Part shown: one piece after another, positions 1-10,921 of the stretch
How the letters are laid out: every line of letters begins with the position of its first letter
Position numbering within the stretch: position 1 is the stretch's first letter
Assembly: GCA_964472225.1 (NCBI GenBank)
Contig: CAYYJV010000002.1
Coordinates: 1 to 38,102 of the forward strand
DNA: 38,102 nucleotides
Direction of reading: 5' to 3'
DNA from: an uncultured Candidatus Saccharibacteria bacterium
Lineage (GTDB): Bacteria > Patescibacteriota > Minisyncoccia > Minisyncoccales > MHMH01
The notes under the pieces: generated by a model
The model's database searches: none
What the model saw: the letters and a program-made list of their open reading frames with translations, nothing else
Told to the model about the DNA's origin: nothing
Position numbers and translations under genes: made by a program

Positions 1-40
1 ATCGCTTTGTAATTTGTCGCTCAGGTATTATACCAAATTT

Positions 41-1261
41 TTAATATCCTTTCAACTTTTTGAGGGCGCGGTGCTCGCGGATGCGGTCGAGAGCTTTGGC
101 TTCAATCTGCCGAATTCTCTCACGCGTAACGCCAAATTCCTTGCCTACTTCCTCCAAAGTGTGGGTGACGCCGTCTTCCAAGCCGAAACGCATAGCCAAT
201 ATCTTTTGTTCTCTGGAAGTTAAGTCAACCAAGATTTCTTTTAATCTTTCTTTCAAAAGGGTGCGAGCGGCTTCGAGGGAGGGAGCAATCACTTTTTCAT
301 CTTCAATAAACTCGGCTAAAATAGAATCTTCTTCGTCCTCCCCTACCGGCGTCTCCAAAGAAACTGTTTCCTGAGAAATCTTCTGGATGTGGTGTACTTT
401 TTCAACGTCTACCCCCATCTCAGCGGCAATTTCTTCTGGCAGAGGTTCTCTTCCCAAATCCTGCAAAAGCCGGCGCCTGACCTGAGTGTACTTGGAGATA
501 GTTTCCACCATGTGAACGGGTATCCTAATGGTTCTGGCTTGGTCTGCCAGGGCTCTGGTAATTGCCTGCCTGATCCACCAAGTGGCGTAAGTTGAAAACT
601 TGTATCCTCTTCTCCAGTCGAATTTCTCCACTGCCCGAAAAAGCCCGAGGTTACCCTCTTGAATCAAATCCAGTAAAGTCAGGTTCGGAGAACGACCGAT
701 GTATTTTTTAGCAATGGAAACCACCAGCCGCAAATTAGCCCGAGCCAGCTTCTTTTTGGCTTCGATGTCGCCTTTCTCGATCTTTTTTGCCAATTCTTTT
801 TCCTCTTCTGCCGTCAAAAAAGGCACTTGGCCGATCTCTTTCAAATACATCTGCACCGGATCCAAGCCGGCTTCGGCCGCAGCCCTCAATTTCTCCTGCT
901 TTTCCTCCTCCTTTGCTTCCAGAAATTCCCCCGCCTCTTTTACTTCGATTCCCCTCCTTTCCAACTCGCTGTAGAGAAGCTCCAGGCCCGGCATATCTTT
1001 CTCTATTTCCGGAAAAACGGACAAAATCTCAGAAAAAGTGATAAAACCGCGATTCTCCCCTTTTTGAACCAAAGTCTCAATCGCCTCGGGAGTTACCAGG
1101 GCCCTGGGCCTTCTGATTGCCGATTTCCTGACGGTTTTTTTTCTGCACCTGAAAGTCGGTCTTCTTCTTAATCTTTTCCTGACCTTCTTGGCGACTCTTT
1201 TCCTTGCTTTCTTTTTTTTCTTTTTTAATTTTTTCCTCTTGGCTTTTTTATTTTTGGTCAT
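41..1261 (-). CDS. rpoD: RNA polymerase sigma factor RpoD (sigma-70 family) with a lysine/arginine-rich N-terminal tail
   Basis: 406-aa ORF. Region 1.2 [11 protein letters not shown], region 2 [34 protein letters not shown], region 3 TIRIPVHM and region 4 [22 protein letters not shown] are recognisable. The ATG overlaps the dnaG TGA stop (ATGA at 1258-1261). Confidence 0.92.
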   Translation of the reverse strand: MTKNKKAKRKKLKKKKKKARKRVAKKVRKRLRRRPTFRCRKKTVRKSAIRRPRALVTPEAIETLVQKGENRGFITFSEILSVFPEIEKDMPGLELLYSELERRGIEVKEAGEFLEAKEEEKQEKLRAAAEAGLDPVQMYLKEIGQVPFLTAEEEKELAKKIEKGDIEAKKKLARANLRLVVSIAKKYIGRSPNLTLLDLIQEGNLGLFRAVEKFDWRRGYKFSTYATWWIRQAITRALADQARTIRIPVHMVETISKYTQVRRRLLQDLGREPLPEEIAAEMGVDVEKVHHIQKISQETVSLETPVGEDEEDSILAEFIEDEKVIAPSLEAARTLLKERLKEILVDLTSREQKILAMRFGLEDGVTHTLEEVGKEFGVTRERIRQIEAKALDRIREHRALKKLKGY

Positions 1262-2961
1262 AAATTAAGAAGTTTGTTGGACAACTGGTTAAATTGCTGA
1301 ATCAAACTATCGGCTCTTTCTGAATCTTTTTCTTCTTCGGCCTTCTTCAGCTCCCGGCAAATCTCGTTCAGCTTATCTTTAATTTCCAGCGTCTTTATCT
1401 CGCGCAGGCAGGTTTGGATTTCGGACCGGCAGTCGATTTCTTCTTCCTCCACTTCTCTTTTCAAGGAAAGATAGTCCACAAAGTCGGCGTCTTCGGGAAC
1501 AAACTTGCCGGTTAAAATATTCTGAATTTTGGGCGAAAAATAAGCGAGGTTTTCCTCCCCAATCAAGCGGAAATTTTCAACGGGATTTTTCAGCACCAGA
1601 GAAGCAATTCTTTCTTCCAGCATTTCTCTCCTGCTTTTCGGGGAAAGAGGGGGAGCCACCTCTTCTTCCTGAAAAGTTTCGGGGAGAACAACGCTCGTCT
1701 TCCTCAACTCCTCTTCAATGACTTCTTCTTTGACCCCCAATCTTCTTGCCAGCTCCTGAATCCAGTGAGACTGCTCTATTTTGTTAGGAATCTTCTTGAG
1801 TATTGGTAGGATGATTTTGGCAATATCTTTTTTTCCTTGGGAAGATTTTGCGTCAAGGCGGGAGAAAGTGGTGTCAAAATAGAATTGATAGATATTCTTG
1901 CCGTCCTCGACTCTTTTTTGCCACTCTGCCGGATTTTCGGAAATAATGTCAGCCGGATCTTTGCCTTCGGGCATCAAAACAACCCTGATGTTAAATCCCT
2001 GGGCCTGAGCCAGGTCTATCCCCCTTTTGGTTGCCGAATCCCCGGCCGGGTCCATATCAAAAGCCGTTATCAAATTATCCGAATATCTTTTTAAAATTTT
2101 CAGCTGGAAGGAAGTGAGGGCCGTGCCCGAAGTCGCCACCGCGTTTTCAAAGCCCGCTTGGTGGCACATAATGGCATCAATATAGCCCTCCACCAAGACA
2201 CAGGATTCCTTTTTTCTGATTTCCACCTTGGCCTTATCCAGGCCGTAAAGAATTCGGCTTTTATCGTAAAGCAAAGTGGCCGGGGTGTTGATGTATTTTG
2301 CCGGGTCGTCCGACTTGAAAACCCTGCCGCCGAATCCCACTACCTGGGAATTGAGGTCGAATATGGGGAAAATTATTCTGCCCCGAAACCTATCGAAAAA
2401 GGAACCCTTTTCTGAGGTAAGCCCCAAGCCGGCTTTTTGGATTTCTTCTTGGGAATAACCGCGCGTGGTCAGAAAGTCAGAAAGCCCCTGCCAAACATCA
2501 GGAGCATATCCCAGCCGCCACTTCTTTAAAGATTCTGGCTTAATGCCTCTTGCCAAAAGGTAGCTTTTGGCTTCTTTCCCGACAGAGCTTTCTTCCATCT
2601 GCTTTTCGAAAAACCGACAAGCCAGCTCGCAAATTTCGTAAAGCCTGCTTCTTTCTGTTTTCAATTTTGGATCCTGCCTTTTCAGCTCAATGCCGGCTTT
2701 CTGCGCTAAAATCCTCAAAGCGTCGCCGAATTCCACCCCCTCTATTTCTTTAACGAAAGCAAAAATGTCGCCTCCCTTTTGACAGCCGAAGCAATGCCAA
2801 ATTTGCCGAGCGGGACTGACGAAAAAAGAGGGTTTTTTCTCTGAATGAAAAGGACAGCGGGCCCTGTAGTTTTGTCCCGCCTTTTGCAATTTGATATAGC
2901 TGCCGACCACCTCGAGTATGTCCAAACGATTTTTAATTTCCTCGATTGGAGAAGACAACAT
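1258..2961 (-). CDS. dnaG: DNA primase
   Basis: 567-aa ORF. CHC2 zinc finger [11 protein letters not shown]...[10 protein letters not shown] and a TOPRIM segment [10 protein letters not shown]...FDMDPAGD. Classic dnaG-rpoD adjacency. Confidence 0.92.
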   Translation of the reverse strand: MLSSPIEEIKNRLDILEVVGSYIKLQKAGQNYRARCPFHSEKKPSFFVSPARQIWHCFGCQKGGDIFAFVKEIEGVEFGDALRILAQKAGIELKRQDPKLKTERSRLYEICELACRFFEKQMEESSVGKEAKSYLLARGIKPESLKKWRLGYAPDVWQGLSDFLTTRGYSQEEIQKAGLGLTSEKGSFFDRFRGRIIFPIFDLNSQVVGFGGRVFKSDDPAKYINTPATLLYDKSRILYGLDKAKVEIRKKESCVLVEGYIDAIMCHQAGFENAVATSGTALTSFQLKILKRYSDNLITAFDMDPAGDSATKRGIDLAQAQGFNIRVVLMPEGKDPADIISENPAEWQKRVEDGKNIYQFYFDTTFSRLDAKSSQGKKDIAKIILPILKKIPNKIEQSHWIQELARRLGVKEEVIEEELRKTSVVLPETFQEEEVAPPLSPKSRREMLEERIASLVLKNPVENFRLIGEENLAYFSPKIQNILTGKFVPEDADFVDYLSLKREVEEEEIDCRSEIQTCLREIKTLEIKDKLNEICRELKKAEEEKDSERADSLIQQFNQLSNKLLNL

Positions 2962-3005
2962 AAACGAATATTGGGGAAGTTCGACCTCCCGAAATTAACG
3001 CAATA

Positions 3006-3212
3006 TTAGGAAGTCGAACCTTCAAATCTTTTGGGCTTGGAAAAGTAAAAAATGTAAATAATTTCCAAAATAGCCAGGGTATTAAGCAGAAATAAAGCGA
3101 TGAACCACCGTTTGTGGCGGTTTCGGGCCGCCTTCCATAAAGCCACCCCCTTCCACGGCAATACCCAAAGCAGAACTAAGAATAAAAATGGGGAATTCTC
3201 TAACATAATCAA
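3006..3212 (-). CDS. small two-helix membrane protein, function unknown
   Basis: 68-aa ORF with two hydrophobic stretches (FLFLVLLWVLPW and WFIALFLLNTLAILEIIYIFYF). It starts 7 nt after the MscS-like gene ends. No motif I can name with certainty. Confidence 0.5.
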   Translation of the reverse strand: MIMLENSPFLFLVLLWVLPWKGVALWKAARNRHKRWFIALFLLNTLAILEIIYIFYFSKPKRFEGSTS

Positions 3213-3219
3213 TTATTAT

Positions 3220-4068
3220 TTATTTTCCTTTTTCCCAAGGACCCCGGGGCCAAATCGACATCTGGGGAAAGGGAATCTCAATTCCTTCTTTATCAAAAGC
3301 AATCTTTAACCTTCTCCTAAATTCCTTCAAGGTGTCCCATTGCTTTAGGGGCTGGGTCTCTCCCAAAACCTTGATTTCAATTCCGGAATCTCCAAATTTA
3401 TCGGGCCCCGGACCGGCTACCTGAATGGGCTTTAAAATATAATCTTTCCAGGGACTCTCTTTTGCCATATCCTGCCCCACCTTGTTTATCAACTCCATCA
3501 CTCTGTCTAAATCTTCTTTATAAGCCACCGATACGTTCATGTGAGCGCGGGAATAATCTTTGGTTAGGTTGGCAGCCACCTTAAAAGAGCTGTTGGGAAT
3601 GTGGTAAACCTTTCCGTCTAAATCACGCATAACTGTTTTTCTCAAGGTGATTTCTTCCACCCCTCCGCAAATTTTATCCAGACAAACCACGTCACCGACC
3701 CGGTATTGGTCTTCCAGTATTATGGAAAGGCCGGCCAGAAAATCTCTAATCATCCACTGAGCTCCAAAGCCCAAAGCCACTCCCAGAATGCCGGCTCCCG
3801 CCAAAACAGGACCAACTTCAATGCCAAGTTCGGGCAGAATGGTCATCAAAGCCACCAACCAAAGAACAATCCTCAAAACTCCGTTAAAAATACTTATCAG
3901 GGTGTCTTCCCTCTTTTTTTCAGCCCCATGGTCGATATTCTTTATGGCCCTTCTGACCGTTTTTTCAATGAATTTCTTGCCGATTCTATTAATCAGAATG
4001 ACCGCAACCAAAATGGCAATAATTTTTATGCCGTGGGCTAAAAACCAAGAATAAATAACTTCCAACAT
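3220..4068 (-). CDS. mechanosensitive ion channel (MscS family)
   Basis: 282-aa ORF. N-terminal TM helices followed by the MscS-type beta domain ILEDQYRVGDVV...GGVEEITLRKTVMRDLDGKVYHIPNS. Confidence 0.85.
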   Translation of the reverse strand: MLEVIYSWFLAHGIKIIAILVAVILINRIGKKFIEKTVRRAIKNIDHGAEKKREDTLISIFNGVLRIVLWLVALMTILPELGIEVGPVLAGAGILGVALGFGAQWMIRDFLAGLSIILEDQYRVGDVVCLDKICGGVEEITLRKTVMRDLDGKVYHIPNSSFKVAANLTKDYSRAHMNVSVAYKEDLDRVMELINKVGQDMAKESPWKDYILKPIQVAGPGPDKFGDSGIEIKVLGETQPLKQWDTLKEFRRRLKIAFDKEGIEIPFPQMSIWPRGPWEKGK

Positions 4069-4240
4069 ATGTATAATTTAGATTAATGCTTATTCTTATA
4101 TATTCTATTATATTCTATCAGTCATTTCCGTTTCTTCCAAGTTTTTGTTAAAAACACTCCTCAAAATCAAATACCTACCATCTTTATACACAATGGCTGT
4201 AGCAACTATCCTGTGGAATTTTTGTTTTGCGAACTCATAG

Positions 4241-4327
4241 CGGAGAGGGCGAGACTCGAACTCGCAAGCCCGTAAAACGGGCTCTAGTTCTCCAGACTAG
4301 TGCCTTACCAATTAGGCGTACCTCTCC
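4241..4327 (-). tRNA. tRNA-Ser (anticodon GGA), class II with long variable arm; no encoded CCA
   Basis: Minus-strand sequence GGAGAGG-TA-...-CTAGT CTGGAGA ACTAG-AGCCCGTTTTACGGGCTT-GCGAG TTCGAGT CTCGC-CCTCTCC-G folds as a cloverleaf. 7-bp acceptor stem, anticodon loop CU-GGA-GA, T-loop TTCGAGT. Confidence 0.88.
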
Positions 4328-4861
4328 TTATTTTGGCAAAGAAGCTATTATTTTGGCAATGGTCGGATGCTGAACCGCCAACTTATAATTCAGCATCTTC
4401 AAAACGATAATAAAGTCCTCTATCTCTTCTTTCAGGGTTTCTGGCCCGGCAAACACTTCCCAAAATTCGTTCCGCAAATTCTTCAAGTAATCATTTAATA
4501 TCTCCCGGTCGGCTTTATCTTTTAGGTGTTGAATGATTTTTTTAAACTCTCCCCTGTCCAGCCAGATTCCCTCGCACAAATTGCAAACATCCACCTTGAT
4601 ATTAGAATCCCCGTAATTCACTTCGTAAAGGGGCAGTCTGTCTCTGGGGCAAAGCTTTTTTCCGGGAGAAATCTTAAAATCTTTCTCTCTCTCCCAAAGA
4701 TCAACATCCAGCCATTTCAGGTTTCTGTCTTTATAATCTTTGGCCCACCTTAATTCCTCCCTGTCAAACCAAAGACCCAAACACTTCGGACAGTAATTAA
4801 CTTCCACCCCAGAGACAATGGCTTTTTCTAAATTAACTTTTTTACAGAAAGGACAAAACAT
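4328..4861 (-). CDS. zinc-ribbon (zf-TFIIB-like) domain protein
   Basis: 177-aa ORF with two copies of the pattern C-x2-C...C-x2-C-x-G-x-W-x-D (CPFCKK...YCPKCLGLWFDREEL and LCPRD...VCNLCEGIWLDRGEF). The first Cys pair of copy 2 is degenerate. Confidence 0.6.
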   Translation of the reverse strand: MFCPFCKKVNLEKAIVSGVEVNYCPKCLGLWFDREELRWAKDYKDRNLKWLDVDLWEREKDFKISPGKKLCPRDRLPLYEVNYGDSNIKVDVCNLCEGIWLDRGEFKKIIQHLKDKADREILNDYLKNLRNEFWEVFAGPETLKEEIEDFIIVLKMLNYKLAVQHPTIAKIIASLPK

Positions 4862-4971
4862 AAGAAATTGGGTAAGGGTTAGGAAACCGGTATGGAAATT
4901 GGGTTAAGAAGTTTGTGAAAATTTACACTAATTTCCTAACCCATAAACCAAACTGGCTTCTTAACCTTAAC

Positions 4972-5814
4972 CTAAATTCTCAAACCCCGGAGGGCTTTCA
5001 CTCTCTCTTCCACCGGTGGGTGGGTCATAAATAATTTTGAAATATTCTGGCCGCGAAAAGGATTGGAAATATAAAGGTGGGCGGTGGCTTCTTGGGCGGA
5101 TTTCATCGGGGTCTTGTCAGAAGCAATCTTTTGAAGAGCTAAAGCCAGTCCTTCGGGATTTCCAGTAAGCCCGGCCGCAGAAGCGTCCGCTAAAAACTCT
5201 CTTTTCCTGGAAACCGCCATTTGGATAAGCATGGCCCCAATCGGAGCCAAAATGGCCGCTATTATGCCAAATAAAGCGAGATGACCTCCTCCCCGCCTCC
5301 TGCCGCCAAAGATGCTCGACCAGATAAACATGCGGGACAAGACCGCCACAAAACCCGCTAAAACCACAATTATGGTCTGTAATAACATATCTTTGTTTTT
5401 AACGTGTGAAAGCTCGTGGCCAATCACTCCTTCGATTTCCTCTCTGCTGAGTTTATCCAAAAGACCCTGAGTTAAGGCTATCACAGCGTGATTTTTATCA
5501 CGGCCGGTAGCAAAAGCATTTGGTTGGGATTCTCTAATAAGATAAATTTTAGGCAGAGGCAAATTAGCTTTCTGGCAAAGATGCTTCGCGATGCTGTAAA
5601 TTTCCGGGTTCTCGCTTTCTTTAATCTCTCTGGCTCTGGCCATTTTCAGAACAATTTTGTCGGAAAACCAATAGCTGACAAAGCTCATAGCCACGCTGAA
5701 AATAACGGCAAAATATAAAATTTCCACGCTGCTAAAAAGATAGCTGAATAAATAACCTACTCCGATGACAAAAACAAAGAATCCCGTAAGTAAAAGTAAT
5801 GTCTTTTTAGTCAT
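4972..5814 (-). CDS. htpX: M48-family zinc metalloprotease HtpX
   Basis: 280-aa ORF. N-terminal TM helices, HEXXH motif in GHELSHVKNKD, further TM pair, C-terminal EFLADASAA and THPPVEERV typical of HtpX. Confidence 0.88.
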   Translation of the reverse strand: MTKKTLLLLTGFFVFVIGVGYLFSYLFSSVEILYFAVIFSVAMSFVSYWFSDKIVLKMARAREIKESENPEIYSIAKHLCQKANLPLPKIYLIRESQPNAFATGRDKNHAVIALTQGLLDKLSREEIEGVIGHELSHVKNKDMLLQTIIVVLAGFVAVLSRMFIWSSIFGGRRRGGGHLALFGIIAAILAPIGAMLIQMAVSRKREFLADASAAGLTGNPEGLALALQKIASDKTPMKSAQEATAHLYISNPFRGQNISKLFMTHPPVEERVKALRGLRI

Positions 5815-5824
5815 TTCGATTTAA

Positions 5825-5859
5825 TTGTATAACAAAACCCCTCCTAAAACAAGGGGTTT
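5825..5859 (-). terminator. candidate intrinsic terminator downstream of groEL
   Basis: 8-bp stem AAACCCCT (5835-5842) / AGGGGTTT (5852-5859) with a 9-nt loop. On the minus strand it is followed by UUUUGUUAU-like sequence. Confidence 0.45.
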
Positions 5860-5871
5860 CGTCATTAGGTT

Positions 5872-5893
5872 TTGCTCGGCTTAGCCGAGCAAC
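5872..5893. repeat. palindromic repeat unit (22/23 match to GTTGCTCGGCTTAGCCGAGCAAC), 4 nt past the groEL stop codon
   Basis: TTGCTCGGC-TTA-GCCGAGCAA(C) read directly. Same sequence as the copies at 10090, 10115, 11967, 28673, 34680 and 34705. Confidence 0.85.
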
Positions 5894-5897
5894 CGGG

Positions 5898-7559
<1,662 letters not shown>

Positions 7560-7591
7560 CTAAACTGTTTCGAATTTAGAGTTTCTTGCGA

Positions 7592-7882
7592 TTATTCAAT
7601 AACCGCCAAAATGTCTTCTTCTTTGGCGATTAAATACTCTTTCTCCTCGACCTTTATTTCGTTCGGCCCGTATTTGGTAAACAGAACCTTGTCGCCGGGT
7701 TTTACTTCCAGAGGAATGACCTTGCCGGTCGAGGTTTTTCTGCCGGGTCCCACAGCTATTACTTTCCCCTGCTCGGGGCGTTCTTTTTCTGCGGTCTCGG
7801 GCAGTAAAATGCCGGCTTTGGTTTTTTCCTCTTCTTTTACGGGCTCTATTAAAATATGATCTGATAATGGTTTAATCTTCAT
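7592..7882 (-). CDS. groES: co-chaperonin GroES (10 kDa)
   Basis: 96-aa ORF MKIKPLSDHILIEP...GKVIAVGPG...GDKVLFTKY. Directly upstream of groEL. Confidence 0.95.
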   Translation of the reverse strand: MKIKPLSDHILIEPVKEEEKTKAGILLPETAEKERPEQGKVIAVGPGRKTSTGKVIPLEVKPGDKVLFTKYGPNEIKVEEKEYLIAKEEDILAVIE

Positions 7883-7895
7883 ATGTTTTTATGTT

Positions 7896-7922
7896 TTAGC
7901 AATTAAGACCTTTGAGTGCTAA
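7896..7922 (-). promoter_or_regulatory. CIRCE operator (HrcA binding site) in the groES leader
   Basis: TTAGCAATT-N9-GAGTGCTAA against the consensus TTAGCACTC-N9-GAGTGCTAA. The arm nearest the promoter is perfect and the other has 2 mismatches. Confidence 0.7.
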
Positions 7923-7936
7923 TTCCCTACTTTAAA

Positions 7937-7964
7937 ATATTACTCAACCAAGTTTCCCTGTCAA
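7937..7964 (-). promoter_or_regulatory. candidate sigma-70 promoter of groES-groEL
   Basis: Minus strand TTGACA (7959-7964), 16 nt, TAATAT (7937-7942). CIRCE starts about 14 nt downstream of the -10. Confidence 0.45.
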
Positions 7965-7991
7965 GAGTGCACGCTGGGGAAGGTGCGCTTG

Positions 7992-10862
7992 TTACATATG
8001 AGCTTTAAGGACTTTTTTTAAATACTGACCGGTGTAACTCTTTTTATTTTTAGCGATTTGTTTGGGCGGGCCCTGGCAAACAATGTAGCCGCCGCGCTCT
8101 CCTCCTTCGGGACCCAAATCAATGACCCAGTCAGCATTTTTAATTACATCTAAATTATGCTCAATAATGAGCACCGTATTTCCTTTATCAACCAAACCGC
8201 GCAACACCAGAATTAATTTCTTAATATCATCGAAATGCAGCCCGGTGGTCGGCTCGTCCAGTATGTATAAACTTTTACCGGTAGCTTTTCTTGAAAGTTC
8301 GGTGGCCAACTTCACCCTCTGGGCTTCTCCTCCAGACAGGGAGGGGGCCGCCTGTCCCAAGTGAATGTATCCCAGACCGACATCGTTCAGGGTTTTCAAC
8401 TTTTCATAAAGTCCGGGGATTGCCTTGAAAAACTGCAGGGCTTCTTCCACCGTCATTTCCAAAACATCGGCAATGTTCTTTCCCCGATATTCCACTGCCA
8501 AGGTTTCTTTGTTAAATCTTTTGCCGTGACATTCGGAACACTGCACGTAAACGTCCGGCAAAAAGTACATCTCTATTTTTTTCGTCCCCTGCCCCTCGCA
8601 AGCCTCGCACCTTCCTCCTTTAACGTTGAAAGAAAAGCGACCCGCCCGATAACCTCTGATTCTGGCTTCTTTCGTTTTGGCAAATAAATCCCTGATGTAA
8701 GAAAAGCAACCGGTATAAGTGGCGGGGTTCGACCTGGGAGTTCTGCCAATGGGCGACTGATCTACCAAAACAACCTTGTTTAAGTTTTCGATGCCCTGAA
8801 TGCTTTGGTGTTCTCCTGGTTCCTCTTTGGTATGATAAAACTTCTTCAATAAAGCCCTGGCAAGAATATCGTTCATAAGCGATGATTTCCCGGAGCCGGA
8901 AACTCCGGTAATGCAGACAAACTTCCCCAGGGGAATTTTCACGTCAATATTTTTAAGATTGTGCTCTTTAGCCCCCCTGATGGTCAGCCATTTTTTGATT
9001 TCGGAAATCCCGCGGGATTTCCGAAATCCAGACATCTCAACTTTTTTCCTGCCGGCTAAGTAGTCTCCGGTCAAAGTTTTTGATTTTATCAGTTGGCTTG
9101 GGGTGCCTTCGAAAGTGATGCGGCCTCCGTGCTTGCCGGCCCCCGGCCCCACATCAATTACCCAGTCGGCCGAACGAATGGTTTGGCTGTCGTGCTCCAC
9201 GACGATCACGCTGTTGCCCAAGTCCCTTAATTTCTTCAGGGTTTCAATCAATCTTTGTTGGTCTCTGGCATGGAGGCCAATGGAGGGCTCGTCTAAAATA
9301 TACAGAACGCCGGTCAATTTTGAGCCGATTTGCGTAGCTAACCTTATCCTCTGTTCTTCCCCGCCAGCCAGAGTACTGGCCTTCCTGCCCAACGTCAAAT
9401 AATCCAGGCCGACGTCAATTAAAAACTGCAAACGATTAAGAATCTCCTTGACAATGGGCTGGGATATTTTTGACTGGCTATCGAAGGTTTTCTTCTGAAA
9501 ACCCTCAAAAAACTTCCTGACCTCTTCTATGCTCATTGAAACCACGTCGTCAATTGATTTACCGTCCACGGTGACCGCCAAGACTTCGGGCTTCAGCCTT
9601 TTTCCCTGGCAAAGCTCACATTTCTTCTCCACCATGTACTGCTCTATTTCCTGCCGGGTGTAATCAGAATCGGTTTCGTGATAGCGCCTCACCAAATTAG
9701 GAATGACTCCTTCAAAGTCTCCGTCGCCGTAGAGGATCAATTTAATAATTTTCTTTGGCAAATCTTTCACCGGGATATCCAAATCAAAATCATGCCTTTT
9801 GGACAAACCCTGGAGCTGCCACCAAAAATATCCCTGTCTGCCTATTTTATGAGAGGCGTGGGCCCAAGGAAAAATGGCGCCTTCCGAAATAGTCAAATTA
9901 TCGTTGGGGATGACCAAATCGGGATCAACTTCCAGTTTTTGTCCCAAACCTTGGCAAGCGGGACAAGCGCCGAAAGGAGAATTGAAAGAAAAAAGCCGAG
10001 GCTCGATTTCCGGCAGGGAAACTCCGCATTCTTCACAGGCAAAATGTTCACTAAAAACCAAATCCTTGGACATTGCTCGGCTTTTGGACGTTGCTCGGCT
10101 TAGCCGAGCAACTGGTTGCTCGGCTAAGCCGAGCAACTTGCTCGAAATAACTACTATTCCCTTGCCCAACTTCAAGGCTGTTTCAATGGAATCCACCAAT
10201 CTTGGTTTATCGAGATCTTCATCCAAAACCAATCTATCCACCACCACTTCGATGTTGTGTTTCTTTTTCCTATCCAAAGTTCTTTCCAGAGCCTCTTCCA
10301 CCCTGTGGATTGTGCCGTCTAATCTCACTCTGACAAAGCCGGCTCTCTGTATTTCCTCCAAAATTCCCCGGTGCTCGCCTTTTTTTCCTCTAACCACGGG
10401 GCCCAAAATCAAAAACTCGGTGTTTTTGGGAAGCCGGAGAATTTGCTCAACTATTTGATCTACCGTCTGCCGAGAAATAACTTTCCCGCATTTAGGACAG
10501 TGAGGAATACCAACTCTGGCAAATAAAAGACGGAGATAATCATATATCTCCGTAATGGTGCCCACGGTGGACCTGGGATTATGGCTGGCTTTTCTTTGAT
10601 CAATGGAAATGGCGGGAGAAATTCCTTCTATTTTGTCCACATCGGGTTTATCCATCACTCCCAGGAATTGCCTGGCATAAGCTGACAAAGATTCCACATA
10701 CCTTCTCTGGCCTTCGGCGTATAAAGTATCAAAAGCCAGAGAGGATTTGCCGGACCCAGAAATCCCGGTAATGACCACCAGCTTGTTTTTGGGAATATCC
10801 AAACTGATATTTTTTAAATTATGAACTCTGGCCCTTCTAATTTTTATGAAATCGTTTGCCAT
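7992..10862 (-). CDS. uvrA: excinuclease ABC subunit UvrA
   Basis: 956-aa ORF. Two ABC ATPase modules ([16 protein letters not shown]; [10 protein letters not shown]; LSGGE signatures) and zinc modules (FACEECG...CPACQGLG; CEACEGQG...CSECHGKR). Confidence 0.96.
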   Translation of the reverse strand: MANDFIKIRRARVHNLKNISLDIPKNKLVVITGISGSGKSSLAFDTLYAEGQRRYVESLSAYARQFLGVMDKPDVDKIEGISPAISIDQRKASHNPRSTVGTITEIYDYLRLLFARVGIPHCPKCGKVISRQTVDQIVEQILRLPKNTEFLILGPVVRGKKGEHRGILEEIQRAGFVRVRLDGTIHRVEEALERTLDRKKKHNIEVVVDRLVLDEDLDKPRLVDSIETALKLGKGIVVISSKLLGLAEQPVARLSRATSKSRAMSKDLVFSEHFACEECGVSLPEIEPRLFSFNSPFGACPACQGLGQKLEVDPDLVIPNDNLTISEGAIFPWAHASHKIGRQGYFWWQLQGLSKRHDFDLDIPVKDLPKKIIKLILYGDGDFEGVIPNLVRRYHETDSDYTRQEIEQYMVEKKCELCQGKRLKPEVLAVTVDGKSIDDVVSMSIEEVRKFFEGFQKKTFDSQSKISQPIVKEILNRLQFLIDVGLDYLTLGRKASTLAGGEEQRIRLATQIGSKLTGVLYILDEPSIGLHARDQQRLIETLKKLRDLGNSVIVVEHDSQTIRSADWVIDVGPGAGKHGGRITFEGTPSQLIKSKTLTGDYLAGRKKVEMSGFRKSRGISEIKKWLTIRGAKEHNLKNIDVKIPLGKFVCITGVSGSGKSSLMNDILARALLKKFYHTKEEPGEHQSIQGIENLNKVVLVDQSPIGRTPRSNPATYTGCFSYIRDLFAKTKEARIRGYRAGRFSFNVKGGRCEACEGQGTKKIEMYFLPDVYVQCSECHGKRFNKETLAVEYRGKNIADVLEMTVEEALQFFKAIPGLYEKLKTLNDVGLGYIHLGQAAPSLSGGEAQRVKLATELSRKATGKSLYILDEPTTGLHFDDIKKLILVLRGLVDKGNTVLIIEHNLDVIKNADWVIDLGPEGGERGGYIVCQGPPKQIAKNKKSYTGQYLKKVLKAHM
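10065..10144. repeat. composite palindromic-repeat block inside uvrA (two full units, arm duplications)
   Basis: Full units at 10090-10112 (TTA centre) and 10115-10137 (TAA centre), separated by TG. An 18-nt tandem duplication of arm plus flank spans 10065-10082 and 10083-10100 (16/18). A partial arm TTGCTCG lies at 10138-10144. Confidence 0.88.
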
Positions 10863-10874
10863 GAGATGTTAATC

Positions 10875-10903
10875 ATTATACTCCAAATATCAACCTTTGG
10901 CAA
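10875..10903 (-). promoter_or_regulatory. candidate uvrA promoter
   Basis: Minus strand TTGCCA (10898-10903), 17 nt, TATAAT (10875-10880). Only 12 nt separate the -10 from the ATG and there is no Shine-Dalgarno sequence. Confidence 0.45.
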
Positions 10904-10921
10904 CCCACAACAATAAACAAA

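Noticed and set aside
1258-1261. Alternative genetic code (UGA as Gly, as in some candidate phyla)
   Set aside because: TGA terminates dnaG in a canonical ATGA overlap with rpoD. All conserved proteins are full length under the standard code.
10090-10137. CRISPR-array interpretation of the 23-nt palindromic units
   Set aside because: Adjacent units are separated by 2 nt, not by spacers of about 30 nt. Other copies are kilobases apart, lie inside ORFs and occur in inverted centre orientation. No cas genes are present.
9874-10458. 194-aa plus-strand ORF antisense to uvrA that includes [15 protein letters not shown]
   Set aside because: It is a shadow ORF. It reads through the palindromic repeat only because the repeat is open in two frames on both strands. 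uvrA on the minus strand is clearly the real gene.
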